64,000 nt of DNA from a virus (IMGVR_UViG_3300021400_000131:1-64000), one strand, 5' to 3'. Positions 1 to 9,411 are shown, counted from the first letter of the stretch. Notes: generated by a model not told the origin, from the letters alone. A program made the numbers and translations.

Positions 1-238
1 AGAGGTTCAGCACCTCGTACACCTTGGCGTTGCTTGGCTGTCCGAAGTGGAACATGCTCACGCAGATGTCCCGCAGGTGACCAGCGAGCACGCTGTGCTG
101 CGGCAGGTTCAGGAGCACATCGTCCTCCTCCTTGAGGATGAGCCTGTAGATGTCCATGTCGTGAGTGCGCTTGTAGCGCCGAATGAGCCGGAGCATGTTG
201 TCCAGCCTGTCCTTGTCAGCCTTGTATCGCATCTTCAT
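1..238 (-). CDS. hypothetical protein, runs off window start
   Basis: Read by hand: GGAGGGG then ATG at 238, MKMRYKADKDRLDNMLRLIRRY..., no stop before base 1. Confidence 0.6.
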   Translation of the reverse strand, partial: MKMRYKADKDRLDNMLRLIRRYKRTHDMDIYRLILKEEDDVLLNLPQHSVLAGHLRDICVSMFHFGQPSNAKVYEVLNL

Positions 239-539
239 CCCCCTCCCTGTAGATGCACGCCCATAGTTCCCCAGCCTTGAGCGAGAACGCGCAGTGAAGG
301 CACCCGTTGTCGGTGCGCGTTGCCAGAAGCTTCGGGCAGATTCGCGGCAGCTTTCCATCGTCGCTGTTATAAACGACTCTCGCTGCCATCTTCTCTAGGT
401 ACCCGTTCGCACGCCGCTCCTCCTCTAGGTCGCTCTCGCGGTGGGCGATCATGTCACATAGCTCGCGGCGCGAGACTTGCCCGTAAAAGAGCGAGTCGCT
501 GCGCCGCGCCTGCTCCGTTGGCGTCACCTTGCCTCCCAT
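216..539 (-). CDS. hypothetical protein
   Basis: ORF in the tightly packed minus-strand operon, GAGGA upstream. Confidence 0.55.
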   Translation of the reverse strand: MGGKVTPTEQARRSDSLFYGQVSRRELCDMIAHRESDLEEERRANGYLEKMAARVVYNSDDGKLPRICPKLLATRTDNGCLHCAFSLKAGELWACIYREGDEDAIQG

Positions 540-712
540 TCCTCGATCGCACCGGGCACGTCGCGGTGCTCACGCGCCCACTTCCTCAGCTCCTCGCTGC
601 ACGGGAACTTGCTGGTGCTATTGCGTGCGCGGCACTCAAGGAAGCACGCGTCGCACACCTCGCGCTCGTCCGGCGCGTCAAGCCTTTCCAACAGCTCATC
701 AAGCGTCACCAT
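524..712 (-). CDS. small Cys-containing hypothetical protein
   Basis: Overlaps both neighbours; CDAC..C..C. Confidence 0.5.
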   Translation of the reverse strand: MVTLDELLERLDAPDEREVCDACFLECRARNSTSKFPCSEELRKWAREHRDVPGAIEEWEAR

Positions 713-941
713 CGGTACCAGCCCCCTCCCTGCACTCGCGCCACGCTATGAGCCTGTCAAGGTACCACGCCGCCTTGCGCAAGTCCTCGGTGCCGCCCTT
801 GTGCTGGTGGCGCAGGATGTACTTGGCAACGTTGCCCAGCAGGTAGCCGCCAAACGACTCGCCGCACAGGTCATCTATCACCTCTATGACCTCGACTCGC
901 CCCTGCGTGTAGTGCGGCGGATGGTTCACCATGTCTGCCAT
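699..941 (-). CDS. DUF3310-like phage protein
   Basis: VNHPPHY..GRVEVIEVI...GNVAKYILR..HKGG.EDL.KA.WYL motif; GGAGG RBS before ATG 941. Confidence 0.85.
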   Translation of the reverse strand: MADMVNHPPHYTQGRVEVIEVIDDLCGESFGGYLLGNVAKYILRHQHKGGTEDLRKAAWYLDRLIAWRECREGAGTDGDA

Positions 942-961
942 TCCACTACCTCCCAATGCGC

Positions 962-1294
962 TCATGAAACTCCATCGCCCGTCTCGATTCCAAGCTCGCG
1001 CATGCGGTCGTCCAACGCGCACAATCCACAGGCTTCTCCGTTCACTGTGCAACTCATGCCACATCCGAACTTATCGCGCTCAAAGTAAAACCAATCCTGC
1101 TCGTTCGCGTGGCTGATGCAGGAGTACATGTCCCGCACCAGCTCCCGCAGCTTGGCGTTCTCGTCCAGCAGGTCGGCCACGTCCAGCAGCTCGCTCGCCC
1201 GAATCGGCTGCGTGACCCACTCGATGCTGCCGTCCCCCGCCATGCTGCGTAGGCTCCATGCAAGGATTGCGGGAGGTATGTCTGTACGGCTCAT
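962..1294 (-). CDS. hypothetical protein (ENAKLRELV...MRELG family)
   Basis: ORF; motifs shared with 1485..1742 and 1739..2167. Confidence 0.7.
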   Translation of the reverse strand: MSRTDIPPAILAWSLRSMAGDGSIEWVTQPIRASELLDVADLLDENAKLRELVRDMYSCISHANEQDWFYFERDKFGCGMSCTVNGEACGLCALDDRMRELGIETGDGVS

Positions 1295-1488
1295 ATGGCA
1301 TACACCTCAATTGCTGGTATCTGGTTTGGATTGACGATTACGCAGTGGCCGTCACATGTCTGAAGAAACACTGGATGATCAGCCGTCAAACGCTGGATGT
1401 TCACCTCACTGCTCTCTGGCGAAAAGTAGGTGAGCCGCGTGCCTTGCAGATTGATAACCACCTTTGTCTTATATGCGCTCAAGCTCAT
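1291..1488 (-). CDS. hypothetical protein, lower GC
   Basis: GGAGG then ATG MSLSAYK...; 4-bp overlaps with both neighbours. Confidence 0.65.
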   Translation of the reverse strand: MSLSAYKTKVVINLQGTRLTYFSPESSEVNIQRLTADHPVFLQTCDGHCVIVNPNQIPAIEVYAI

Positions 1489-1742
1489 ACCTCCACCCCC
1501 AGCTCGCGCATGGCCGTCTGCAACGTGCAGCCGGAGCACACTAGGCGGCATTCCTCGCAGCTAACATTTGCGCGTATGCAGCGATACGCCGCCTTCACCA
1601 GCTCCCGCAGACGGTCGTTCTCGGCCTGTAAGTCTTTCAGGTCGCGCTCTGCATCGCAGTACACGCTCATGGCATCGGTTTGCGCTTCCGCGAACTGCCT
1701 AGAGCGCCTTGCCTGTGCTTCCGAAAGCTCTGCATAGGTCAT
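1485..1742 (-). CDS. hypothetical protein (ENDRLRELV...MRELGVEV family)
   Basis: GGAGG RBS then MTYAEL; coiled coil plus Cys cluster. Confidence 0.7.
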   Translation of the reverse strand: MTYAELSEAQARRSRQFAEAQTDAMSVYCDAERDLKDLQAENDRLRELVKAAYRCIRANVSCEECRLVCSGCTLQTAMRELGVEV

Positions 1743-2167
1743 GCGTCTACCTCCACCCCGCACTCTCGAAGCTCTCTCTGCAATTGACCGTATACGCATT
1801 CCTCGTCGCGTTCGCCCATTGGGCACGGCTCGTAGGCTGTCACGCCATCGTCCCTGCACGGGCCATCGAACGCTTGGCATAGCCGCTCTGCGGTATTCCA
1901 CGCTCTCTCTGCAAGCCCCCGCAACTTGGCGTTCTCGGCCATGGTGGCGGACAGCTCCTTCGAATGCCACACGTCCATCTTGTCGCGCTCTTCCCGCAGC
2001 TTTGCGTTCTCGGCTTGCAGGTCTTGCGCCCTGTCGCGCAGCGAGAGGATGGTTTCGGCTGCGTCCTCCATCAGCCTTGCATCGTCCGCGCCATCAGACC
2101 ACCTGCCCTGCCTGAGTGTGGCCGCACGCTCCCGCAGTTCGTCGCACTGCGCCGATAGCATGCTCAT
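1739..2167 (-). CDS. coiled-coil hypothetical protein (ENAKLR family)
   Basis: ORF with ENAKLR twice, ends RECGVEVDA. Confidence 0.7.
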   Translation of the reverse strand: MSMLSAQCDELRERAATLRQGRWSDGADDARLMEDAAETILSLRDRAQDLQAENAKLREERDKMDVWHSKELSATMAENAKLRGLAERAWNTAERLCQAFDGPCRDDGVTAYEPCPMGERDEECVYGQLQRELRECGVEVDA

Positions 2168-2742
2168 GCGTCCTCGCTCTCTACCAGACGGAGCTTGGCG
2201 GCGTACTCGGCGATGTTGCTGCTCTTCATCACATCGTCAACGTCATAGAACTCGAAGGCTGACCCTTCTTTCCAAGTGTTGTGGCAGAGCGTCACCACAT
2301 CGCGCAGCACGTCCTCGACGGTCGGCTCGTGGTAGTGATGGAACGTGAGGTCAAGAGCCGTCGGTGCCTGCTCTCCTTCAAGCTGCACTCCCCAATGAAG
2401 CCCTCCGCCCCATTTCTTCGGGTAGTTCGAGAGCATGAGTGCAATCACACGGCCACGTGCCTTCCCGCGCTCCATCACGTCACCCACGTGGATGTACTCA
2501 CCGTCCGCGTCCTTGGGCAGGCGCACCCAGCCATGATGTTCCATCGCTTGCGGATGCTCGGTCAGCCATTTCTCTATGCCCAGATAGTCGGCTTCATAGC
2601 CGTTGTTCCATGCGTCATCGCAAGCCTTCTCGTGCTCCGCGTCTATGCTGTCGGCGATGGCGGCGAAGTTCTCGTGCAGCTCCTTGTCCATGACAGGGAA
2701 CTTGCGTACCCACCACTCCCTCAGCTCGTCGGTGATGCTCAT
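2164..2742 (-). CDS. hypothetical protein (LPKDADG..I.VGDVM family)
   Basis: GGAGG RBS; paralogous to the C-terminal half of 3411..4718. Confidence 0.7.
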   Translation of the reverse strand: MSITDELREWWVRKFPVMDKELHENFAAIADSIDAEHEKACDDAWNNGYEADYLGIEKWLTEHPQAMEHHGWVRLPKDADGEYIHVGDVMERGKARGRVIALMLSNYPKKWGGGLHWGVQLEGEQAPTALDLTFHHYHEPTVEDVLRDVVTLCHNTWKEGSAFEFYDVDDVMKSSNIAEYAAKLRLVESEDA

Positions 2743-2978
2743 GCGTCCACCTCCTTGCACTCTCCCCACTTACAGAAGCCGTCAGGCTCCACATCAGCGC
2801 TCACCAGCTCGTATTCGTCTCCGCCTTCTACCGGCTCCCAGCCAGCGAAGAGTATGCAGCACGTTCCGTCCTTTTGAGAGAAGTCGCAATCCCTGCACCG
2901 CACGATGCGCTCGCGCAGCCAAAAGCGAAGGTCTGTTGCCATCTTCTCGGTGGGAAGGTCGATGATTCTCTCAGCCAT
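2739..2978 (-). CDS. small zinc-binding phage protein
   Basis: IVRCRDC...C...PDGFCKWGE. Confidence 0.7.
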   Translation of the reverse strand: MAERIIDLPTEKMATDLRFWLRERIVRCRDCDFSQKDGTCCILFAGWEPVEGGDEYELVSADVEPDGFCKWGECKEVDA

Positions 2979-3414
2979 CGGTCACCTCCGTATCTGCGTC
3001 ATTTGTCGTAGGTCCTACGATGCGGCGCCCGCAGTTGGGGCAGTAGTTGAGCTTGCAATCGCTGACCCACGGGCTTTCGCCGTTGCGATACTCGGGGGTC
3101 CACAGCATGCGCGAGTCAATCCATGCGCCGCATTCCGAGCAGACATAACGCGCTTGGCCGTGCTCGTCCATCACCTTCGATACGTTGCGGCACTCCCCGT
3201 GCCCTAGTGTGGCGGCTATGGCTTGCAAGATGCGCTCGAACTCGGCATGCCACGCATTGAGCCAGTCGTGGTTAACGTCCAGCCTATACTGCCTGTTGTA
3301 TTGCCCCTGATTCAGCGTAATGACGCTGTGTGACCTGATTTCCTGTTCGTTTATGTCGCACGCCAGCTTGCGCAGCTCGTCCAGCATGCGGCGTAGCTCG
3401 TCGGTTGCGGTCAT
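2971..3414 (-). CDS. zinc-ribbon protein
   Basis: CSECG...YCPNCG. Confidence 0.7.
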   Translation of the reverse strand: MTATDELRRMLDELRKLACDINEQEIRSHSVITLNQGQYNRQYRLDVNHDWLNAWHAEFERILQAIAATLGHGECRNVSKVMDEHGQARYVCSECGAWIDSRMLWTPEYRNGESPWVSDCKLNYCPNCGRRIVGPTTNDADTEVTDG

Positions 3415-4718
3415 TCGGCATCATCTGCCAGACGAAGCTTTGCGGCGAAGTACTCGATGATCTCCTCGTCGCATAGCTCCGTATCATCGCGGTTGAACTC
3501 GTTCACGAACTCCCGCAGCGTGTCCTCGACGCTCTCTGGCTGGTGGTGTATCTTGTCGCACGTGCGTGCCCACTCGACCACATTCTCGCCAACCTCGACG
3601 TAGAAGAACGTGCCGTCGCCCACGCCAACGACCTCTGCCGTCGTGGTGTCCGGCCACTCCATCACGTCGCCGATGCAGACGGGCACGCCGTCGCTGTCCT
3701 TTGGGAGCATCATGTAGTGGCTCTCTGGTGCCCACTCGTGATGCTCCTTGAGGTCATCGATCTCCTTCTGCATGCGACATGCCTTGTTGTACCACTCTAG
3801 GTACTCGCGCTCCTGCTTTTCATTGACGTGGCACGCAACCTCATAGTCACGCTCAAGGTCGTGGATGTGCTCAAGCGCCTGCTCGTAGAGGCTCTTCCAG
3901 TGCTCGCGTGCGGAGGTAGCCTGGTCGAAGTTGTTGCGCTGCGTCTTGCACTCGGCGGCGAGACGCTTCACCTCGCGTTCAAGCATGTTGATGCGCTCGG
4001 ACTCGGCGGGATACATGGTGCGCTTGCGCAGCTCTGCATTCTCGCGCTCTAGGTTCGCGTGGACGGCATCAATTGCGTCGCAGAGTCGGTCGAACTCGCC
4101 CTCGGTGAACTTCACGATATTCTCGTCCTTGAAGTTGCAGTAGCGCTCCGCAGAGTCACGCAGCTCTTGCGTGATGGGCGTCAGAACTTGCCCCTGATTA
4201 TCTGCACGGTCACCACTACCATCAACACGTCCAGTGGCAGGAGCATCAGCACTAGCGCAATTGCATACGCTACGTCCTGCGACGTCCATTCCATCGCTGT
4301 CCCCTCCAAGAAGGTAGATGAGTGTGTCGCGTGCCGTGGCAAGCGTGCTCGGCCAGTCATCCTGCAACTTGCTGAACGCGCCGATGAGGAGGCACAGGTC
4401 GCCGACGCGAATCTCTGGCGGCACCATGTCGCTAAAGTCGGTGCCCTCGTCGATGAACCTGAGCTTTTTCAGCTCGCACACGGCCTTGTGGCGCTCGTTG
4501 CCAAGCACGTCGTAGGTGGTTGCAAACTGGTCCTGCTCCTGCTTCCAGCCAAGCGCAATCTGATAGCCGCCAACATCCGTGTCGTGCGCCTTCTTGATGC
4601 GCTCGCAGCACTCGTGAATCTTGTCATCGATGCGTGCGCAGCAGTCGTGGCCGTAGTCGATGAGCGCTTGCAGCTCCTCCTCGAACGTGCCAACTTCGCT
4701 CTTCTTGAAATCGTCCAT
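3411..4718 (-). CDS. modular coiled-coil hypothetical protein
   Basis: Long ORF, central coiled coil, C-terminal LPKDSDG..IGDVM module. Confidence 0.7.
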   Translation of the reverse strand: MDDFKKSEVGTFEEELQALIDYGHDCCARIDDKIHECCERIKKAHDTDVGGYQIALGWKQEQDQFATTYDVLGNERHKAVCELKKLRFIDEGTDFSDMVPPEIRVGDLCLLIGAFSKLQDDWPSTLATARDTLIYLLGGDSDGMDVAGRSVCNCASADAPATGRVDGSGDRADNQGQVLTPITQELRDSAERYCNFKDENIVKFTEGEFDRLCDAIDAVHANLERENAELRKRTMYPAESERINMLEREVKRLAAECKTQRNNFDQATSAREHWKSLYEQALEHIHDLERDYEVACHVNEKQEREYLEWYNKACRMQKEIDDLKEHHEWAPESHYMMLPKDSDGVPVCIGDVMEWPDTTTAEVVGVGDGTFFYVEVGENVVEWARTCDKIHHQPESVEDTLREFVNEFNRDDTELCDEEIIEYFAAKLRLADDAE

Positions 4719-4720
4719 GC

Positions 4721-4936
4721 CTATGCCTCCGTCCACTCGTCGCACTCGTCGCACTTGAGGATGCGTGCCATGTCATCCGACCGCCCGAAGTGCTCGCGGC
4801 TGTCGATGAACGTCTCGAACAGCCGTGCGCACGCATGGCAGTGGGCGCACAGGTCCATCCACTCGTAGGGAGTGCGCTCAGGCTCGTCCATAGGCTGCTC
4901 GTAGCGCGGAATCGCGTCTGCCCTAGCTTGGGTCAT
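4721..4936 (-). CDS. small Cys-containing hypothetical protein
   Basis: CAHCHAC...CDEC. Confidence 0.55.
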   Translation of the reverse strand: MTQARADAIPRYEQPMDEPERTPYEWMDLCAHCHACARLFETFIDSREHFGRSDDMARILKCDECDEWTEA

Positions 4937-5273
4937 CGTCCACCAGCTCCTTGCTGTCCACGTCCTGACTCTGCCCAACCCGTGCGCCACGCTGGTAGCC
5001 CTCGGCGAGCAGCGGGAATCCCCACTGGTCCAGCAGCGGCGTCACGCTCACTCCGTAGCAGACGCGCACGCAGAGGTACTGCACGCCCGTCTCGGTGTCT
5101 ACAATCACACTTGCGCTGCACGCATCGTCGCTATACTCGAAGCGCTTGGGCACGTGGCTGTCGGTGCCAGTATCGGCGCTGCACGCCGTCATGACCGCAG
5201 CGGCCAGAAGGACGGCGATGGCCGCGATCACGCACCGCTCGAACCTGTCGGGGAACTTCGCTAGACCTTCCAT
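4923..5273 (-). CDS. DUF6440-like putative lipoprotein
   Basis: Hydrophobic N-region ending MTAC (lipobox-like); VIVDTETGVQYL. Confidence 0.65.
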   Translation of the reverse strand: MEGLAKFPDRFERCVIAAIAVLLAAAVMTACSADTGTDSHVPKRFEYSDDACSASVIVDTETGVQYLCVRVCYGVSVTPLLDQWGFPLLAEGYQRGARVGQSQDVDSKELVDDDPS

Positions 5274-6073
5274 GTGACCTCCTCAACCTCGAATGCCCCG
5301 CTGTTGCCAAGGAACCGCGCAACGTCGTTGAGCTTGTCAACCTCCGCAAGCGCGTCCTCCATCGTGAGGTACAGCCCGTAGCAGCGCGGCTCAGGCTGCT
5401 TCGCCCAGATGAGGTACGCTGGTTCGCTTGTGTCGGCAAGCGGAACGCCAGTCGCATCCATGTGCTTGGTCGTGTTGGCGTCGAACTCATGCCGTGCCTC
5501 GTGGATGGCCTCTCGTATGCGCTCGTCACTCGGAATCGCCACCTCGGCTGCGGGCCGTATCTCCTCGATGGGGTCAAGCGGCGCTCCGCATACGGCTTGG
5601 CCTTCATCGCTTTCGCCGCTGTCAAGAACGGGCTTGCGCTCCACCATGTCCATGAACTGCTGCTCGGCCTCCATGTCGGCGAGCCACTTGTCGAACTTGC
5701 CGATGGCGTCGGTGTCATCCTTCGCGTGGAAGGCCCGCGTCTCCTCGACGCCACCAACCGTCGCGCGGCCAACGTAGCCATCATCGACGCTGAACGTAAG
5801 CTCCTGCCCGACCTTGCGCTGCGCCACAACGCGGAACCTGGACTCCTTGCGCTCCTGCTCCCTGCCGCGCTCCCTAAGCGTGCGGCGGTAGTAGACGCCC
5901 ACGGTGTCCGGCGCGATTCCGAACTTCTTGGCGATGTCCTTGTTGCCGAAGCCCTTGCGCACCATGTTGAAAAGCTCTAGCTCCTGCTCGCGGTCGAGCT
6001 TCCTCCTTCTCGGCAACGGGTCCACCCCCTCCCATGTCTCAGTGCCGTTCGGCACGTATCTCACCTTCTGCAT
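5261..6073 (-). CDS. HTH-containing putative regulator
   Basis: GFGNKDIAKKFGIAPDTVGVY helix-turn-helix near N-terminus. Confidence 0.6.
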   Translation of the reverse strand: MQKVRYVPNGTETWEGVDPLPRRRKLDREQELELFNMVRKGFGNKDIAKKFGIAPDTVGVYYRRTLRERGREQERKESRFRVVAQRKVGQELTFSVDDGYVGRATVGGVEETRAFHAKDDTDAIGKFDKWLADMEAEQQFMDMVERKPVLDSGESDEGQAVCGAPLDPIEEIRPAAEVAIPSDERIREAIHEARHEFDANTTKHMDATGVPLADTSEPAYLIWAKQPEPRCYGLYLTMEDALAEVDKLNDVARFLGNSGAFEVEEVTWKV

Positions 6074-6086
6074 AAACGGCTCCCGT

Positions 6087-6410
6087 TTATGAGTTCTCCA
6101 AATGCTGTGTCTCGATGCCCGCGAACTCGCGCATGATGCGCTCGTACTCGCGCAGGGCGTCGACCAGACCGACGGCCTCGCCCTTGGCCTTGGCCTTCAG
6201 CAGCTCGTCGGCCACGTAGACGAACGCACTGCCCACGGTGCTGTAGCTGTAGAACCTGCCGCAGCGGTGCCACGTCGGCTCGGTGCCGCCCTGATGCCGC
6301 CCACGCGCCTGAGTGACGTGGCGGTGGCACAGCTCCCAGTTGCGCCCGTCGACGGGGACGAGCTTCCAGTCATCGGCGAGGATGACGCCGCCGCTCTCCG
6401 ATTCGTTCAT
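6087..6410 (-). CDS. hypothetical protein
   Basis: AAGGA RBS then MNESESGG. Confidence 0.6.
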   Translation of the reverse strand: MNESESGGVILADDWKLVPVDGRNWELCHRHVTQARGRHQGGTEPTWHRCGRFYSYSTVGSAFVYVADELLKAKAKGEAVGLVDALREYERIMREFAGIETQHLENS

Positions 6411-6537
6411 GTGCCTGTCCTTCCAGAATCGATTCTGCCAAGCGAGAGTGGCCCTATTCGGCCCGCAAGCGACGCATGTGGGCAACTAGTCCACCTTGCG
6501 CCCGCAAAGCCTCTGAGGGCTTCTGGCTTGTTCCTGC

Positions 6538-6873
6538 CTAGACGTGCGTGCCGAAGGCCCGCTTGTCCGCCGCCCACTCCTCGACGATGAGGTCGTGCGC
6601 CGTGCCGCTCTCAAGCCCCAGCACGCGGTCTATGCGGCTCGGCTCGAACCCGACACGCAGCATCCGCATGACCTCGCCCTCGTCGAGCACCGCAGGGCGG
6701 GAGTAGGCCGTGGCGATCTCGAAGCGCAGCCCCATCCGCTCGGCCTTGCTCCTGATGCCCGCTGGCCCGCGACCGGGCAGCAGCGCCGCCCAGCCGTCCC
6801 AATCGGCACCGACGCGCTCGTAGTGTGCGGCAAGCACGCGCTCGTCCTCGCGCGACCACCTAGTCTGTGCCAT
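6538..6873 (-). CDS. Myb/SANT-like DNA-binding protein
   Basis: W(S)REDERVL...W..LLPGR....IRSKA.R.GL pattern. Confidence 0.55.
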   Translation of the reverse strand: MAQTRWSREDERVLAAHYERVGADWDGWAALLPGRGPAGIRSKAERMGLRFEIATAYSRPAVLDEGEVMRMLRVGFEPSRIDRVLGLESGTAHDLIVEEWAADKRAFGTHV

Positions 6874-7051
6874 CTGCCCTCACCGCCATCCAAAGGCCAA
6901 GCTCCTTCGCGCACGCGGGGCACAGGTCAAGCTCCACGAGGTCGTGGGCGTCGCGGCGCATGCCGTCGCCCGCAATCTGGTGGCGCATGACGCGCACCCA
7001 CTCGGTGGCGGACTCGCCGCATCGGTCGCAGGTCGTTTTCGTGACCCTCAT
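6860..7051 (-). CDS. small zinc-binding protein
   Basis: TCDRCG...DLCPAC. Confidence 0.6.
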   Translation of the reverse strand: MRVTKTTCDRCGESATEWVRVMRHQIAGDGMRRDAHDLVELDLCPACAKELGLWMAVRADGTD

Positions 7052-7061
7052 CGGCCACCTC

Positions 7062-8051
7062 CTATCCAATCCAGTTGTTCCATCCGTAGAGCAGCGTCGG
7101 CATCGACACGTTCGACTGGCCGCTCTTGTTCTTGATGACGGTCATCTTGCCCTCCGTCGCGCCGTCCGCGCTGCGGCTCGGCACCATCTGGCCGTCCTCC
7201 CCCTTCACCCTGTCGTGCGTCAGCATCACCGCCTGCTCGGCGGCGAAGCCAACGTAGCCGCTTCCACGGAACCACCCGAGGTTCGGGCCGTCCTTGTAGT
7301 CCTGCGTGTTGAGGTTGCGCGTGGAGCTGATGGCGAGCACGTTGCCGCCGTGCTCGCTGTAGGCGTAGCTCTGCAAGGCGTTGATGACCTCCGTGACGCG
7401 CTGGTACTCGCTCTGCTCGACCGTCGCCCCACTCGGCATGATTTGCAGGTAGTCGACGATTAGGACGGGTTTCTCGTCGCCCTCTAGGTTGCTCATGAAC
7501 TCGCACAGCTCGTGCACATCGTTGCCGCTGGTGAGCACCGCGAGGTTGCGCCCGGGGCCGTCGTTCCACTTGGTGAGCGTGCGGGTGATGGGGTCCATCC
7601 CGCTCCCGACGAGGTAGCGGGAAAGCTCGTCGCGGCTTAGCCCGTCGTACTGCGGGCGGCTCTTGCGCTCCGCGCCGTTGACTATCTGCGACCACGAGAA
7701 CGCCTGGACGCTAGGCTCCGCGACGCTCCACGCGCTCGCGCACCTGAGCTGCACCACGTCCCAGCCCATCTCGTAGCTGGCGTACACCACGCGCTTGCCG
7801 TGATAGGCCATCATCGCCGCGCACTGGCACGCGATGACCGACTTGCCCGCGCTCGGTGGCCCGCCAACGACGGTGACGCCGCGCGTCATCCCGCCACCGA
7901 GGAGCTGGTCGAGCTTCCCGACGTAGGTGGGCTGCGGCTCGGGGGCCGCGAGGTAGACGTTCAGGGCGAACTCGCCGCTCGGTCGGTCGAGGCCGTACAC
8001 GAACGACCACGGAATCGACTTTACGGGGCGCTTGCCCTCCTCCTCCGGCAT
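7062..8051 (-). CDS. DnaB-like replicative helicase (RecA-fold ATPase)
   Basis: Walker A GGPPSAGKS, Walker B IVDYLQI, SGYVGFAAEQAVML and VIKNKSG motifs; directly after the initiator. Confidence 0.8.
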   Translation of the reverse strand: MPEEEGKRPVKSIPWSFVYGLDRPSGEFALNVYLAAPEPQPTYVGKLDQLLGGGMTRGVTVVGGPPSAGKSVIACQCAAMMAYHGKRVVYASYEMGWDVVQLRCASAWSVAEPSVQAFSWSQIVNGAERKSRPQYDGLSRDELSRYLVGSGMDPITRTLTKWNDGPGRNLAVLTSGNDVHELCEFMSNLEGDEKPVLIVDYLQIMPSGATVEQSEYQRVTEVINALQSYAYSEHGGNVLAISSTRNLNTQDYKDGPNLGWFRGSGYVGFAAEQAVMLTHDRVKGEDGQMVPSRSADGATEGKMTVIKNKSGQSNVSMPTLLYGWNNWIG

Positions 8052-8734
8052 CAGTAGTCACCGCCCGGTGGAGGCGGCACGACTGGCGGGTCGGGAAGCC
8101 CACGCTCGCGGTACCACGCAAGGGCCTCCTCCCTGTGGGAGCGCTTCGGCTTCGGTTCCTCCGCATCGTCATGGGTCGCGCCCGAGTACAGTGGACCGTC
8201 CTCTGCGATAGCAGAGTGGACGAGGCCACTGCTATCTACGAGTACGTTGTACTCTACTTGTGCGCCCAAAAACCCGTCATTTTGGGCGCAGTTGTGCGCC
8301 CCAGAAGCGGGGTTTTTAGGCGCGGGGTGCGCCCAAAATTCTTCTCCACTGCGCCCTTTTTTGGGCGCACTGGAATCTCCACTGCGCCCTTTTTTGGGCG
8401 CAGTGGAAGCGTCGCCATCCTCGTCTGTCATCCACCAGAAGGTCCGCTTCGGATACCTCGATGCCTTGTCTGCGTCAACCCTGACAAGCCATCCGTTCCT
8501 CTCCATCTCCTCGACGAATAGCCTTGCAACCTTTTCTGATACGTCGCATGCTTTTGCGATGCTTCGGTATCCCATGCTGAAGCAGGGGCATGGTTTTCTC
8601 CTGCTGTCAATCTTGGAGTAGAGGTGCAGAAGCATGAGGTGCTTCTTGTAGGTGCTGCGCTTGTTGGTGAAGGTGGACAGTATCTCTGCGAGTCGCTTTG
8701 CGTCCGTTTCGTCCAGCTTGTGCCAACTCGACAT
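8051..8734 (-). CDS. putative replication initiator (winged HTH)
   Basis: TAGGAG then MSSWHKL; MGYRSIAKACDVSEKVARLFVEEMERNGWL; internal iterons; precedes the helicase as in lambda O-P. Confidence 0.65.
   Translation of the reverse strand: MSSWHKLDETDAKRLAEILSTFTNKRSTYKKHLMLLHLYSKIDSRRKPCPCFSMGYRSIAKACDVSEKVARLFVEEMERNGWLVRVDADKASRYPKRTFWWMTDEDGDASTAPKKGRSGDSSAPKKGRSGEEFWAHPAPKNPASGAHNCAQNDGFLGAQVEYNVLVDSSGLVHSAIAEDGPLYSGATHDDAEEPKPKRSHREEALAWYRERGLPDPPVVPPPPGGDY
8261..8408. repeat. iteron-like repeats, probable replication origin
   Basis: 33-bp tandem repeat (8343-8375, 8376-8408, one mismatch); eight TGCGCCC/GGGCGCA copies in about 150 bp. Confidence 0.75.
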
Positions 8735-8823
8735 GCCCACAACTCCTAACTGCTCTAAAGGCCGTGGGGCCGCAGCCTGAGCCACGACCCCACGGTATTC
8801 GGACCAAAGATTAAAGCGTGACT

Positions 8824-9411
8824 TTAGAACGGCACATCCTCGTCGTACACGCCCTGCGGAGCGGTGCCGAACGCCTGCGGCACGGGGGCCACGGACGGCG
8901 CTGCGCCCATCGGGTGCTGCTCGCGCTGGTCGCGCGGCTTCAGGAGCGCGTCGCTGTAGTCGTGGTTGGCAACCTGCTCGGGCGTGAGCCATGCGGCGAT
9001 CTCGACGGCCTCGCGGTCTGCGCCGGGGTTCTTGCTGTTCGGGCCAGCGGTGTACAGGCGCTTGCGCACGACTGCGCCGAACTTCTTGCCGACGAACGCC
9101 TGCCAGTCATCGTTATCGAACGCGACGGTGGGCTGGAAGGTGGGGTTGGAGTCCGCGAGCACGTGCATCTTGTGCTTCAGGATGCCGAGCACGCTGTCCT
9201 TCCAGCTCACGATGTCCGATGGGGGCCACTGGCTCTGGGAGTACGCGCCCTTGCGCTCGCCCTCCGCGACGTCCCAGTAGAAGCGGGCGTACTGCTGGCG
9301 CTCCACAGGCTCCACCTTCGTGATGACGAGGGTGTACCCACCCGGCTCGATGTCCGAGAACGTCCCGGTGCTTTCCTGAATGCTGTTCCAAGCTTCGCTG
9401 AGTCGAGGCAT
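8824..9411 (-). CDS. ssDNA-binding-protein-like product from an internal start
   Basis: GGAAGG upstream of ATG 9411 (MPRLSEAW); EPGGY...I.KVE and acidic DVPF end. Confidence 0.55.
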   Translation of the reverse strand: MPRLSEAWNSIQESTGTFSDIEPGGYTLVITKVEPVERQQYARFYWDVAEGERKGAYSQSQWPPSDIVSWKDSVLGILKHKMHVLADSNPTFQPTVAFDNDDWQAFVGKKFGAVVRKRLYTAGPNSKNPGADREAVEIAAWLTPEQVANHDYSDALLKPRDQREQHPMGAAPSVAPVPQAFGTAPQGVYDEDVPF

